From: an uncultured Phycisphaerales bacterium
GTDB taxonomy: Bacteria > Planctomycetota > Phycisphaerae > Tepidisphaerales > Tepidisphaeraceae
NCBI GenBank assembly: GCA_963755915.1
Contig: CAVWLP010000002.1
Span: 1,056,001-1,120,000 of the forward strand
Length of the DNA: 64,000 bases
Direction: 5' to 3'
In this document: in pieces, positions 1-9,647 of the stretch
Layout: every line of letters begins with the position of its first letter
How positions within the stretch are numbered: position 1 is the first letter of the stretch
Made by a program: the position numbers and the translations under genes
Notes under the pieces: model-generated
Seen by the model: the letters and a program-made list of their open reading frames with translations, nothing else
Told to the model about the DNA's origin: nothing
Database searches by the model: none

Positions 1-865
1 CCAAACACGCCCCATGCGGACTGTTAAAGCTGAATATCCGCGGCTCCAATTCCGGCAGCGATACATGCGGATGATCCGGACACGCAAATTTCTCGCTGAA
101 CGTCTGGTCCGACCACCCCTCCCCCTCCTTCTGCACCGTCACCACAACCAACCCCTGCGAAAGCTTCAGCGCCGTCTCAATGCTGTCCGCCAGCCGCGAC
201 CGAACCTCCGGCTTCAGCACGATCCGATCGACAATCGCCTCAATGGTATGAACCTTCGTCTTCGTCAGCGCCGGCGGCTTCATTTCCCGCCAGTTCCAGA
301 ATCTCCCCATCCACCCGCGCTCGCACAAACCCCTGCTTGCTTAATCGCCCCAAACGTCTCCTTGTGTTCCCCCTTCTGCCCCTTGATCAGCGGCGACAGG
401 ATCATCACCTTCGTCCCGGCCGGATACTTCATGACCGCATCCGACAATCTGCGACGGCGACTGACTCGCGATCTCCCTCCCGCAAATCCAGCAATGCGGC
501 GTCCCCGCCCGCGCCAGCAGCACCCGCAAATAATCATAAATCTCCGTCGTCGTCGCGACGATACTCCGCGGATTCGAAGAAGCCGACCTCTGCTCAATCG
601 CAATCGTCGGCGGCAACCCCTCGATCTCATCAATATCCGGCTTCTGAAGCTGCTCCAGAAACTGCCGCGCATATGCCGACAGCGACTCCACATATTTCCT
701 CTGCCCCTCCGCATAAACCGTATCAAACGCCAGCGTCGATTTCCCCGACCCGCTCAGCCCCGTGACGACCACGAGCTGATCGCGCGGAATCTCCACGTTG
801 ATATTCTTAAGATTGTGCTCGCGCGCTCCCTTGATCCGAATGAACTTTTGTTCTGCGTTAGCCAA
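1..865 (-). CDS. uvrA: Excinuclease ABC subunit A, 5' part (runs off window, frameshifted)
   Basis: [14 protein letters not shown], Walker [27 protein letters not shown], Zn-finger CWIC. Continues in other frames ([15 protein letters not shown]). TTG start at 865 is inferred. Confidence 0.95.
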
Positions 866-1140
866 AGTTAAGCCGGAATTCGAACGGGTCATTGTAGGAG
901 AGCAATCGCAGCCGGGCAAAGCGGGCAGCGGGGTGCTTCAAAGCTCGCGGGTCTGACATTCTTTTGCAGTCGCTCGCCATCTTTTTCCCTCCCCTGGCAC
1001 TCCGGGGGAGGGCCGGGGTGGGGGCTCCTTTGTTCTGCTGTCTACTTTCTACTGTTCCTCTCTCGCGCAGCGCCGCTTGCCATCCCCTTCCCCATCGCTA
1101 CAATTCTCCACCCTTGATTTAACTGAACACGGAGCCATTA

Positions 1141-1413
1141 ATGCCCAGAGAAAAGCCCGAACGCCGCGAAAAATCTGAAAAGTTCCAGACCTTTTCCCGC
1201 CCCAAGATAAAGATCGCCCGCACCAGCGCCGCCGGAAAGGTTTACATCGACTACAAGGACACCGAATCCCTCCGCAAGATGGTCAGCGGCAACGGCAAAA
1301 TCCTCGCCCGCAAACGCACCGGCGCCAGCGCCATGGAACAGCGCATGATCGCCCGCGCCGTCAAACGCGCCCGCTACATCGCCCTGTTGCCCTACGTCAC
1401 CACAAGCTTCTAA
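1141..1413 (+). CDS. rpsR: 30S ribosomal protein S18 (Cys-free form)
   Basis: YIDYKD..LRK, GKILARKRTG, QRMIARAVKRARYIALLPY; GGAG RBS upstream. Confidence 0.95.
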   Translation: MPREKPERREKSEKFQTFSRPKIKIARTSAAGKVYIDYKDTESLRKMVSGNGKILARKRTGASAMEQRMIARAVKRARYIALLPYVTTSF

Positions 1414-1755
1414 TCGCATTTATCTCCGAGGGTCGCGAAAAGCCGCGCGAAAGATCCCCGAATCCCCACCACCCTCCCATAACAAAGCCGTGGGTGCTTG
1501 CACCCACGGGAACCAAGCCCCCAAAGCCGTCCCGAACGTCACCAGGGGAGCCGTGTGCCCTCGCAGCGGAACCGCGTGTTACATTCGAGCCACCGCCACT
1601 TCTCGTCACCAAAACCGTAACCGAAAATACTCTTTATCCTCTTCCCCCCGAAACCCCCTTACCAAAAGAAGATTTAGGCAAGAATGAAAATACCAATCTC
1701 CCCGTCCTTTAATCCCCTTGTCCCCATCCCCCCCGACCCGTAGCATCTCGCCAAT

Positions 1756-2817
1756 ATGCCCAACGGTCCCTGGAAAATCGCCATCATCGGCACCGGCGTC
1801 GTCGGCGAAGTCCATCTCCGTTCCCTCCAGAAAGTCCCCAACTGCCAGGTCGTCGCCGTCTGCGACATCGAAGGCCCAAAGGCCAAAAAAGTCATCACTC
1901 AAACCAGCACCGATGTCCCCATCTTCACCAACCTGACGGAGATGCTCAAAACCCAAAAGCTCGACTCCGTCCACGTCTGCACCCCCTCCGGCGAGCACCA
2001 AGGCCCCGCCATCGCCGCCATGCAGCACGGCAAAAACGTCCTCGTCGAAAAGCCGATGGAAATCCTCCCCGACCGCGTCGATGAAATGATCGACGCCGCC
2101 AAAAAGCACGGCGTCCGCCTCGCCGGCATCTTCCAGAACCGCTGGAACGAAGCCAACATCGTCCTCCGCGACGCCGTCAAACAAAACCGCTTCGGACGCC
2201 TCGCCTGGGCCGGAATCTTCACCCCCTGGTATCGCAGCGACGAATACTACGCCACCGCCGGCTGGCGCGGCACCTGGAAGCTCGACGGCGGCGGCGCCGT
2301 CATGAACCAGGGCGTTCACCAGGTCGATCTCGCCCAATGGATCATCGGCCCCATCAAAACCGTCACCGCCTTCGCCTCCAGCCGAATCCACCCGCAAATC
2401 GAAGTCGAAGACACCCTGACTTGTGCTTTACAATTCGAAAACGGCGCCTACGGAACCTTTGTCTCCACCACCGCCATGTGGCCCGGCGGACCCGTCCGCA
2501 TCGAAATCGGCGGCGAGTTCGGCTCCGCCATCAGCGAAAACGGCCTCAAACGATTCGAATTCAAAGACCCCCAACCCACCGATCAGGACCTCCTCAACCG
2601 TCTCGACCCCACCCGAGCCCAAAACTCCGGCGGCGGCAAAGCCGCCACCGACATCGGCCTCGACCTCCACGGCAAAAACATGCACCACGTCTACGAATCC
2701 TGGTCCAAAAACCAGGACGCCGAAACCGCCGGCCCCGAAGCCCGCAAAGCCGTCGCCATCATCCAGGCCATGTATGAAAGCGTCCGCAAAAACGGCGCGC
2801 CAGTCGATGTGAAATAA
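1756..2817 (+). CDS. Gfo/Idh/MocA family oxidoreductase
   Basis: Rossmann IIGTGVVG, VLVEKPM, GGGAVMNQGVHQVD motifs. Confidence 0.9.
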   Translation: MPNGPWKIAIIGTGVVGEVHLRSLQKVPNCQVVAVCDIEGPKAKKVITQTSTDVPIFTNLTEMLKTQKLDSVHVCTPSGEHQGPAIAAMQHGKNVLVEKPMEILPDRVDEMIDAAKKHGVRLAGIFQNRWNEANIVLRDAVKQNRFGRLAWAGIFTPWYRSDEYYATAGWRGTWKLDGGGAVMNQGVHQVDLAQWIIGPIKTVTAFASSRIHPQIEVEDTLTCALQFENGAYGTFVSTTAMWPGGPVRIEIGGEFGSAISENGLKRFEFKDPQPTDQDLLNRLDPTRAQNSGGGKAATDIGLDLHGKNMHHVYESWSKNQDAETAGPEARKAVAIIQAMYESVRKNGAPVDVK

Positions 2818-2819
2818 TT

Positions 2820-2847
2820 GTTTAGCCGCGACCCGAAGGGGAGCGCG
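2820..2847 (+). repeat. REP-like palindrome family A, copy 1
   Basis: GTTTAGCCGCGACCCGAAGGGGAGCGCG; near-identical copies at 5308, 6005, 9497, 29453. Confidence 0.8.
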
Positions 2848-2859
2848 TTCGCACAACGT

Positions 2860-3540
2860 CTAAAACGCCTCAACGCGCTTCGTCCACTTCCTCGCCACCG
2901 CGATCGTCCCCAGCCCAATCAGCGCAACCAGGATCTGCCCCGCCGCCGCCGGCAGCGGCACCGCCGACCCGCCGATCGGAGTCACCGGTGGTGGAATCAC
3001 CGCTTGTGAAAACGTCACGTCAAACACATCTCCACCATTAGTCGTATCGCTGAACGGCCCCATCGTATATGCCGCCGCCTGGTTCTCCATCTCATGCTGG
3101 AAGTAACTCGAGGGCCCCGTGATCTGCGTTGGACTTTCCGTGCTGTCGAACTGGAATCCCGATATCGATTGCCCTGCGTGCAGCAGGCTCCCGCTCCCGG
3201 CCACCCATTGAATCGACGTTCCATCCGTCGAGTTGTCGGCTCCAGTCAGTTTCTCCGTCCAACCCGCCGGCGACGTCACATCCGTCGGCACCGCCTCCAT
3301 ATATTCCTGCCCCGGCGCCCACGAAAACCAGAACGTCCCAACCGTCGTGTCCGCGTTGTCCGCTCCCGATTCATTGAACAGCGTAATCGCATATTGCCAT
3401 TCGCCTCCACCCAGGTTGGTTGGCTTTAAAATTCCCGCCGCCACTTCCATCGTCGCGCCGCGCGCTAATGAAGAACCCCCCATCAACCCCGCCGCAACAA
3501 CCACCGCAAAACCCCCCATTCTCCGCAACATACCGATCAT
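2860..3540 (-). CDS. Secreted protein with VPLPA/PEP-CTERM-like sorting signal
   Basis: N-terminal signal peptide; C-terminal AVPLPAAA + hydrophobic helix + basic tail RKWTKR. Confidence 0.8.
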   Translation of the reverse strand: MIGMLRRMGGFAVVVAAGLMGGSSLARGATMEVAAGILKPTNLGGGEWQYAITLFNESGADNADTTVGTFWFSWAPGQEYMEAVPTDVTSPAGWTEKLTGADNSTDGTSIQWVAGSGSLLHAGQSISGFQFDSTESPTQITGPSSYFQHEMENQAAAYTMGPFSDTTNGGDVFDVTFSQAVIPPPVTPIGGSAVPLPAAAGQILVALIGLGTIAVARKWTKRVEAF

Positions 3541-3661
3541 AAAACATCCTTTCATTTTGACTTCACCTCTAAGACCACTCCCCTCGCCCCCTTATTCCAA
3601 AAAAATCTTAAGGTTCGCCACCACCCCGCGCACGAGCGCTAAATCCCCGTATTGCAGCCGC

Positions 3662-3693
3662 GCTTAACTTCGGCGAGCTCAGTCGAGCCGCGC
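3662..3693 (+). repeat. Short palindromic element ACTTCGGCGAGCTCAGTCGAGCC, copy 1
   Basis: Near-identical to the copy at 35023-35053. Confidence 0.75.
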
Positions 3694-3720
3694 CGCGCGT
3701 TCCATGCCAATACGTGTAGG

Positions 3721-3778
3721 GTAAGCATTCACTTACAAAACCTCAAAAAGTGTAACAAAACGTAACATTCTGTAACAT
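3721..3778. repeat. GTAACA direct-repeat motif (10-bp period) upstream of der
   Basis: tgtaacaaaa cgtaacattc tgtaacat; its reverse complement aligns with the reconstructed empty IS4 target site at 17086/18590/20150. Confidence 0.7.
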
Positions 3779-3789
3779 GCCCCCCTCCA

Positions 3790-5231
3790 ATGCCCTCCCT
3801 CCCCGTCATCGCCATCGTCGGCCGACCCAACGTCGGTAAGAGCTCCCTCCTCAACGCCCTCGCCCAAAAACGCATCAGCATCGTCGAAGACATGCCCGGC
3901 GTCACCCGCGACCGCGTCTCCTTCCCCCTCGAAATCGACGGCCGCTTCGTCGACCTCGTCGACACCGGTGGCTACGGCTTCGTCGACCCCAACAAGCTCA
4001 CTGAACACATCCAGCAGCAAATCGAAATCGCCATGACCCAGGCCTCCCTCGTCCTCTTCATCGTCGATTGCCAGGACGGCCTCACCGGTGGCGACGAAGA
4101 AATCGCTGCCATGCTCCGCAAACGCGGCGTCAAAACCCTCCTCGTCGCCAACAAAGCCGACGGCCCCAACGCCGACGTCGCCCTCGGCGATTTCGCCCGC
4201 CTCGGACTCGGCACCCCCATCGGTGTCTCCGCCCTCAACGAGCGAAACCTCGACCAGCTCCTCATCGCCATCAAAAAAAATATCGACCTCTCTAATGCCC
4301 CGACCGACCTCCCCAAACCCCAGATGATGCTCGCCATCGTCGGCAAGCGCAACGCCGGCAAGAGCACCCTCGTCAACGCCATCGCCCGCCTCTACGAAGG
4401 CGACCCCCAGCGCGTCATCGTCTCCGAAATCCCCGGCACCACCCGCGACAGCATCGACGTCCGCTTCGACAAGGACGGCAAAACCCTCATCGTCATCGAC
4501 ACCGCCGGCGTCCGCAAAAAACGCCGCATCGTCGCCAGCGACATCGAGTTCTACAGCTTCCACCGCGCCCAGCGCTCCATCCGCCGCGCCGATGTGCATC
4601 GTCATGCTCATCGACGGCACCGAGCCCGTCTCCGAGCCCGACAAAAAGCTCGCCCGGTACATCGCCGACCAGTTCAAGCCCGTCATCCTCGCCATCAACA
4701 AGTGGGACCTCACCCGCGAAAAACTCCGCGAAACCCGCAAGGAATTTGCCGACGGCAGAATCGACGAAGACCGCAATCATGCAGGAATTCCGCGAGTACC
4801 TCGATGAGGTACTCCAGAACCTCAACTACGCCCCCATCGCCTTCATCACCGCCAAGGACGGCAAAAACATCCAGACGATCCTCGACGAATCCCAGCACCT
4901 CTTTAAACAAACCACCACCCGCCTGACCACCGGCCAGCTCAATCGCGTCGTCCGCCAGATCCTCGAGGAAAAAAACCCCAGCACCCCCAGCGGCCGCAAG
5001 GCCAGAATCTATTACGCCACCCAAACCGCCGTCGCCCCCCCAACGATTGTCCTTTTCGTCAACAACCCCAAATTCCTCGACGAAGCCTACCGCCGCTTCA
5101 TGATCAACCGCCTCCGCGAATTGCTCCCCTATCCCGAAGTCCCCATCCGCCTCTTAGTCCGCGGCCGCGAAGCCCGCACCGCAGGCCCCTCCCTCGATGA
5201 AGCCTCCGACGAACAAATCGATCAGGAATAA
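3790..5231 (+). CDS. der: Ribosome biogenesis GTPase Der (EngA), two apparent frameshifts
   Basis: Two G domains (GRPNVGKS/DTGG/NKAD and GKRNAGKS/DTAG/NKWD) plus KH-like C-terminus (YYATQ..PPTIVLFVN); frame changes near 4592 and 4760. Confidence 0.95.
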
Positions 5232-5273
5232 AAACCCCAATCTGAAATCTCAAATCTCAAATCCGATCTCCCC

Positions 5274-5334
5274 GTGTAGCCGCCGGGCTTGCCCGGCGCA
5301 GTCCCCCGTTTAGCAGCGACCCGAAGGGAAGCGC
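5274..5334 (+). repeat. GTAG-type REP-like hairpin plus family A REP copy 2
   Basis: GTGTAGC-CGCCGGG-CTTG-CCCGGCG, then GTTTAGCAGCGACCCGAAGGGAAGCGC. Confidence 0.7.
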
Positions 5335-5411
5335 TCTGTATCCGAAATCTGAAATCGGCATTTGTCATTCCTCAATAGTCAACTCCCATCCCCCCCGGTT
5401 ATGATTCCCCC

Positions 5412-5975
5412 ATGCCCCACTACTCCACCCCCGAACTCATCATCTTCGCCTTCGCCGGCGCAGCCCTCCTCCTGATCGGCTATCGCGTCGGCCGCTGGAT
5501 CGGCACCCTCTCCGCCCTCAAGCAGCTCGACGTCAAAGACAAGGAACATTTCACCGCCCAGCGCGGCTTCAAGCAGCTCTACGAATCCGAAACCGCCCAG
5601 CTCAAAGACCAGAACGCCAACCTCATCGCCGAGGTCGAATCCCTCAAAACCCGCGTCGAAGAATACCGCAAAAAAGCCGCCGGCCTCGGCGGCCTCTTCT
5701 CCTCCGGCGGAAAACGCGCCGACGCCATGTACGCCCTCCTCTTAGAAAACGAAGCCCTCGAAGACGCCCTCTATTCCCAAAACGAAAAACTAAAACAGGA
5801 GCGCACCGACTTCCTCAAAGAACAGCTCCGCGCCACCGGCTATCGCCGCGTCCTCATGAGTCAATTACTCAACGACGAGCGCATCAAAGGCTACGTCGCC
5901 GAAGTCCTCGCCGACGACAAACGCCTCCCGCCCCCCTCGGAAGCGAATCATTCCGAAACAAGCCCCACCCGCTGA
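5412..5975 (+). CDS. Hypothetical membrane-anchored coiled-coil protein
   Basis: N-terminal TM helix, then a heptad-rich E/K/L region; codon usage like neighbouring genes. Confidence 0.75.
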   Translation: MPHYSTPELIIFAFAGAALLLIGYRVGRWIGTLSALKQLDVKDKEHFTAQRGFKQLYESETAQLKDQNANLIAEVESLKTRVEEYRKKAAGLGGLFSSGGKRADAMYALLLENEALEDALYSQNEKLKQERTDFLKEQLRATGYRRVLMSQLLNDERIKGYVAEVLADDKRLPPPSEANHSETSPTR

Positions 5976-6004
5976 CCCAATGCGATCACCAAAAACCCCT
6001 CCCC

Positions 6005-6033
6005 GTTTAGCCGCAACCCCGCAGGGGTGCGCG
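6005..6033 (+). repeat. REP-like family A, copy 3
   Basis: GTTTAGCCGCAACCCCGCAGGGGTGCGCG. Confidence 0.7.
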
Positions 6034-6040
6034 TTCCGCC

Positions 6041-6256
6041 TCATCGCTCAACCCGATCCAAGCCGCTGATCGATCGCTTCCGGTAATTCCGCCGCAAAAA
6101 ATGCGCATACCCCACCGGATTCTGCCGCATCACCTCAAACGCCGCCTTCTGCATCTCCCGCATCTCGCGCATGCGCTGCTCCGGCGTCTTCGCCCACGCC
6201 AGCTTCCGCCGATAGCTGTCCCTGATCGCGAGTTGTCGCTCGATTTCTTTGTCCAT
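6041..6256 (-). CDS. Small hypothetical protein
   Basis: 71-aa charged helical ORF (KTPEQRMREM) filling the intergenic gap. Confidence 0.55.
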   Translation of the reverse strand: MDKEIERQLAIRDSYRRKLAWAKTPEQRMREMREMQKAAFEVMRQNPVGYAHFLRRNYRKRSISGLDRVER

Positions 6257-6295
6257 TGATCCACGCTATTCTATCCCCATTCGAGCCCAATTTAA

Positions 6296-7334
6296 GTGAC
6301 CCCCACCTCCTACGCGATCAACCTCCAAAACGTAGTAAAAATATACCGCCGCCGCGTGCACGCCCTTCAGGGCGTCGCCATGCAGGTCCATCGCGGTGAA
6401 ATCTTCGGCCTCCTCGGCCCCAACGGCGCAGGCAAAAGCACCCTCGTCAAAATCATGGTCACCGTCGTCCGCCCGACGCGCGCCGAAGGAATAATCCTCG
6501 ACCGCCCCATCGGTCACAAAGGCACGCTATCGCGCATCGGCTATCTCCCCGAAAATCATCGCTTCCCGAAATATCTCACCGGCCGCCAGGTCATCGAATT
6601 CTTCTCCGCCCTCGCCAAAGTCCCGCGCCAACCACGCCGCGCACCGCGCATCCGAATTACTCCAGCTCGTCGGAATGACCGACTGGGCCGACACAAAAAT
6701 CTCGCAGTATTCCAAAGGCATGCTCCAGCGCATCGGCCTCGCCCAGGCGCTCGGGGCAAATCCCGATCTAGTTATCCTCGACGAGCCCACCGACGGCGTC
6801 GATCCCGCCGGCCGACGCGACATCCGTCAGGCTCTCCTCCACCTCCGCGAAAAAGGCGCCACCATCTTCATCAACAGCCACCTCCTCAGCGAGCTGGAAA
6901 CCGTCTGCGATCGCGTCGCCATCCTCGTCGGCGGAAAAGTCGCCACCCAGGGCTCCGTCGACGAGCTCACCATCGCCAAGCAGTGCTACCTCTTCGAGCT
7001 CGAAAATCCTGCCTGGGACGCCGTCCGCGCCGCCTTGCCGGGCGCTTTCGATTCCCCCACCCCTCCGATGCCCGGCCACCCAACTCCAGCCCACCTCCCC
7101 GACCAAACCTGGTGCGAATTCGACGGCTCAAATCTCCGCATCGGCAAAACCGAACCCGCCGAAGTCCAGCACATCCTCGACGCCCTCCGCCGCGCCGGCC
7201 TCATCGTCCGCCGCATGCAACTCGTTCGCCCCTCCCTCGAGGATCTCTTCTTCGAAGTCGTCACCGATCCCATCACCGGCCAGCGCGTCCTCCCCGGCGC
7301 CATGCCCCCCGCCTTTCCCATCATCCAGAAATGA
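6296..7334 (+). CDS. ABC transporter ATP-binding protein (frameshift near 6640)
   Basis: GPNGAGKS, signature YSKGM, ILDEP, SH switch; motifs split over two frames. Confidence 0.9.
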
Positions 7335-8446
7335 TTCAAACCCTGGCCCTTATCCTCGACGCCTACCGCGACCTGAACTCCAGGCGAATGTTCTGGATCG
7401 TCCTGATCATCTCCACCCTCGTCGCCGCCTCCTTCGCCGGCATCGGCCTCACCCCCGCCGGCTTCGAAATCCTCTGGTGGAAAATCCCCTCCGTTTTCTT
7501 CAACAGCAACGACATCTCCCCCGCCGACTTCTACAAGACCGTCTTCCTCAACTACGGCATCGGCTTCTGGCTCACCTGGATCGCAACCATCCTCGCCCTC
7601 ATCTCCACCGCCAGCCTCTTCCCCGACTTCCTCGCCACCGGCGCCGTCGACCTCTATCTCTCCAAGCCCCTCGGCCGCCTCCGACTCTTTCTCACCAAAT
7701 ACTTCTGCGGCCTCCTCTTCGTCGCCCTCCAGATCGCCTGCTTCTGCGCCGCCAGTTTCCTCGTCATCGGCATCCGTGGCGGCGCCTGGGAACCTGGAAT
7801 CTTCCTCGCCGTCCCCATCGTCGTCCTCTTCTTCAGCTACCTCTATTGCTTCTGCGTCCTCGTCGGTGTCTGGTCTCGCTCCACAATTTCTGCGATCCTG
7901 CTGACCCTCCTCTTCTGGCTCTGCATTTTCGGCGTACACACCACTGAGGTAACCCTACTCACCCTGAAAATCGCCGATGACAATTCCGCCGCCAGGCTCG
8001 ATCGCCAGATCGACGCCACCCAAAACTCCCTTGCCGACGCCAAGCACGCCGCCGCCACCCTCCCCAGCGATCGCAACGCCCGCTACGTAAAAATGTATCA
8101 AAAAGAGCTGGATTCGCGCCAGGCCGAGCGAGCCAACGAGCACAACCCCTTCACCCGTCCTCACGAAATGTTCTACGAAGTGAAAACACTCTTACCCAAA
8201 ACCTCCGAAACCGTCGATCTCCTCCAGCGAATGCTCGTCCAGCGCGCCAACCTCCAGTCCGTCAACGACACCCGCGACGATTCCCCCCAGCAAACCGTAG
8301 ATTTCAACGGAAATCCCGTCGACCCCCGCGAAGTCCAAAAGCAAATGCGCAAGCGAACCGTCGGCTGGATCGTCGGAACCTCCGTAACCTTCGAGCTCGT
8401 CATCCTCACCCTCGCCGCCTGGATCTTCTGCCGCCGCGATTATTAG
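7331..8446 (+). CDS. ABC-2 type transporter permease
   Basis: Multiple TM helices, LYLSKPLGR..LFLTKY motif, C-terminal FCRRDY; ATGA overlap with the ATPase. Confidence 0.85.
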   Translation: MIQTLALILDAYRDLNSRRMFWIVLIISTLVAASFAGIGLTPAGFEILWWKIPSVFFNSNDISPADFYKTVFLNYGIGFWLTWIATILALISTASLFPDFLATGAVDLYLSKPLGRLRLFLTKYFCGLLFVALQIACFCAASFLVIGIRGGAWEPGIFLAVPIVVLFFSYLYCFCVLVGVWSRSTISAILLTLLFWLCIFGVHTTEVTLLTLKIADDNSAARLDRQIDATQNSLADAKHAAATLPSDRNARYVKMYQKELDSRQAERANEHNPFTRPHEMFYEVKTLLPKTSETVDLLQRMLVQRANLQSVNDTRDDSPQQTVDFNGNPVDPREVQKQMRKRTVGWIVGTSVTFELVILTLAAWIFCRRDY

Positions 8447-8503
8447 CCGGTCCCCTCGCTAGTTTAAAATCAGTTCCTATGCTCTTTCAGAAGGAGTTTT
8501 CCC

Positions 8504-9460
8504 ATGCCCAAAGTCCGCAAAGCCGTCATCACCGCCGCCGGCCGAGGCACCCGCCAATACCCCGCCTCCACCGCCGTCCAAAAAGAAATGTTCCCCCTCG
8601 TCGACCGCGACGGTCTCACCAAACCCATCATTCAAATCATCGGCGAAGAAGCCCTCGACTCCGGCATCGAAGAAATCTGCATCGTCACCCAGCCCGGCGA
8701 CGAAAAACAGTACCGCGAATATTTCCGCCGGCTCGACGACGACATGGTCAAAGCCTTCCGCGGCAAGGACTGGGCCATCGTCGAATCCGAAAAGCTCGGC
8801 CGCTTCGGCGAACGCCTCCGCTTCGCCGAGCAGCACAGCCCCGAAGGCTTCGGACACGCCGTCTACCAGGCCAAACATTTCGTCGGCGACGAACCCTTCC
8901 TCCTCCTCCTCGGCGACCACGTCTACATCAGCGACTCCAAAGACCGCTGCGCACGCCAACTTGTCTCCGTCTTCGAAAAAAATTCCCTCGACGCGATCAG
9001 CGCCGTCCAACCCACCCTCGAGCGCCTACTCCATTCCTTCGGCGTAATCCGCGGCCTCCCCCTCGAACCCGAAAAAGGAATCTATAAAGCCGACCTGATT
9101 CTGGAAAAACCCACGATTGAAACCGCCCGCAAGAGCCTGGTAACCCCCGGCCAGCCCGCCGGAAACTACCTCGCCCATTTCGGCATGCACGTCTTCTCCC
9201 CCCAAATATTCGATTCCCTCGAATACCTCATCAAAAACAATCTCAAGGAGAAAAACGAAATCCAGCTCACCTCCGCCCAGGAGCACATGCGCCAAAACAG
9301 CGAAAAATACTGGTGCCTCATCTCCTTCGGCCAGCGCTACGACACCGGAATCCCCTACGGCCTCATGGAAACCCAGTTAGCCCTCGCCCTCGGCGGCATC
9401 CACCGCTCCGAAATCTGCGAAGCCATCGCCCGAATCCTCGCCACCCAGGCGCGAAACTAA
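8504..9460 (+). CDS. galU: UTP-glucose-1-phosphate uridylyltransferase-like nucleotidyltransferase
   Basis: KAVITAAGRGTR, KEMFP, GFGHAV, LLLGD, EKP, EIQLT. Confidence 0.8.
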   Translation: MPKVRKAVITAAGRGTRQYPASTAVQKEMFPLVDRDGLTKPIIQIIGEEALDSGIEEICIVTQPGDEKQYREYFRRLDDDMVKAFRGKDWAIVESEKLGRFGERLRFAEQHSPEGFGHAVYQAKHFVGDEPFLLLLGDHVYISDSKDRCARQLVSVFEKNSLDAISAVQPTLERLLHSFGVIRGLPLEPEKGIYKADLILEKPTIETARKSLVTPGQPAGNYLAHFGMHVFSPQIFDSLEYLIKNNLKEKNEIQLTSAQEHMRQNSEKYWCLISFGQRYDTGIPYGLMETQLALALGGIHRSEICEAIARILATQARN

Positions 9461-9496
9461 CCCGAGCACCACAATTCGACGACGCCCTCTCTCCCC

Positions 9497-9524
9497 GTTT
9501 AGCCGCGACCCGCAGGGGAGCGCG
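9497..9524 (+). repeat. REP-like family A, copy 4
   Basis: GTTTAGCCGCGACCCGCAGGGGAGCGCG. Confidence 0.8.
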
Positions 9525-9647
9525 TTTCGTGCACTACAAACATCCCAAACTCACGCAAAACCCCACTCTTACGCCCCCCATTTCTCCCCCCTCGCGTCTT
9601 GCCCCCGGAGGGCTATAATCCCCTGTTTCGATTGCGGAGTGCCTTAA

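Noticed and set aside
985-1030. Hairpin CCCTCCCCTGG/CCGGGGGAGGG, and AAATCTC heptamers at 5239-5265, as distinct mobile elements
   Set aside because: Single short occurrences in this window with no associated gene; not enough evidence beyond generic intergenic repeats.
6296-8446. 716-aa ABC ATPase-permease fusion
   Set aside because: The Arg/Pro-rich middle is an out-of-frame read caused by an indel; the true ATPase ends at 7334 and the permease starts at 7331.
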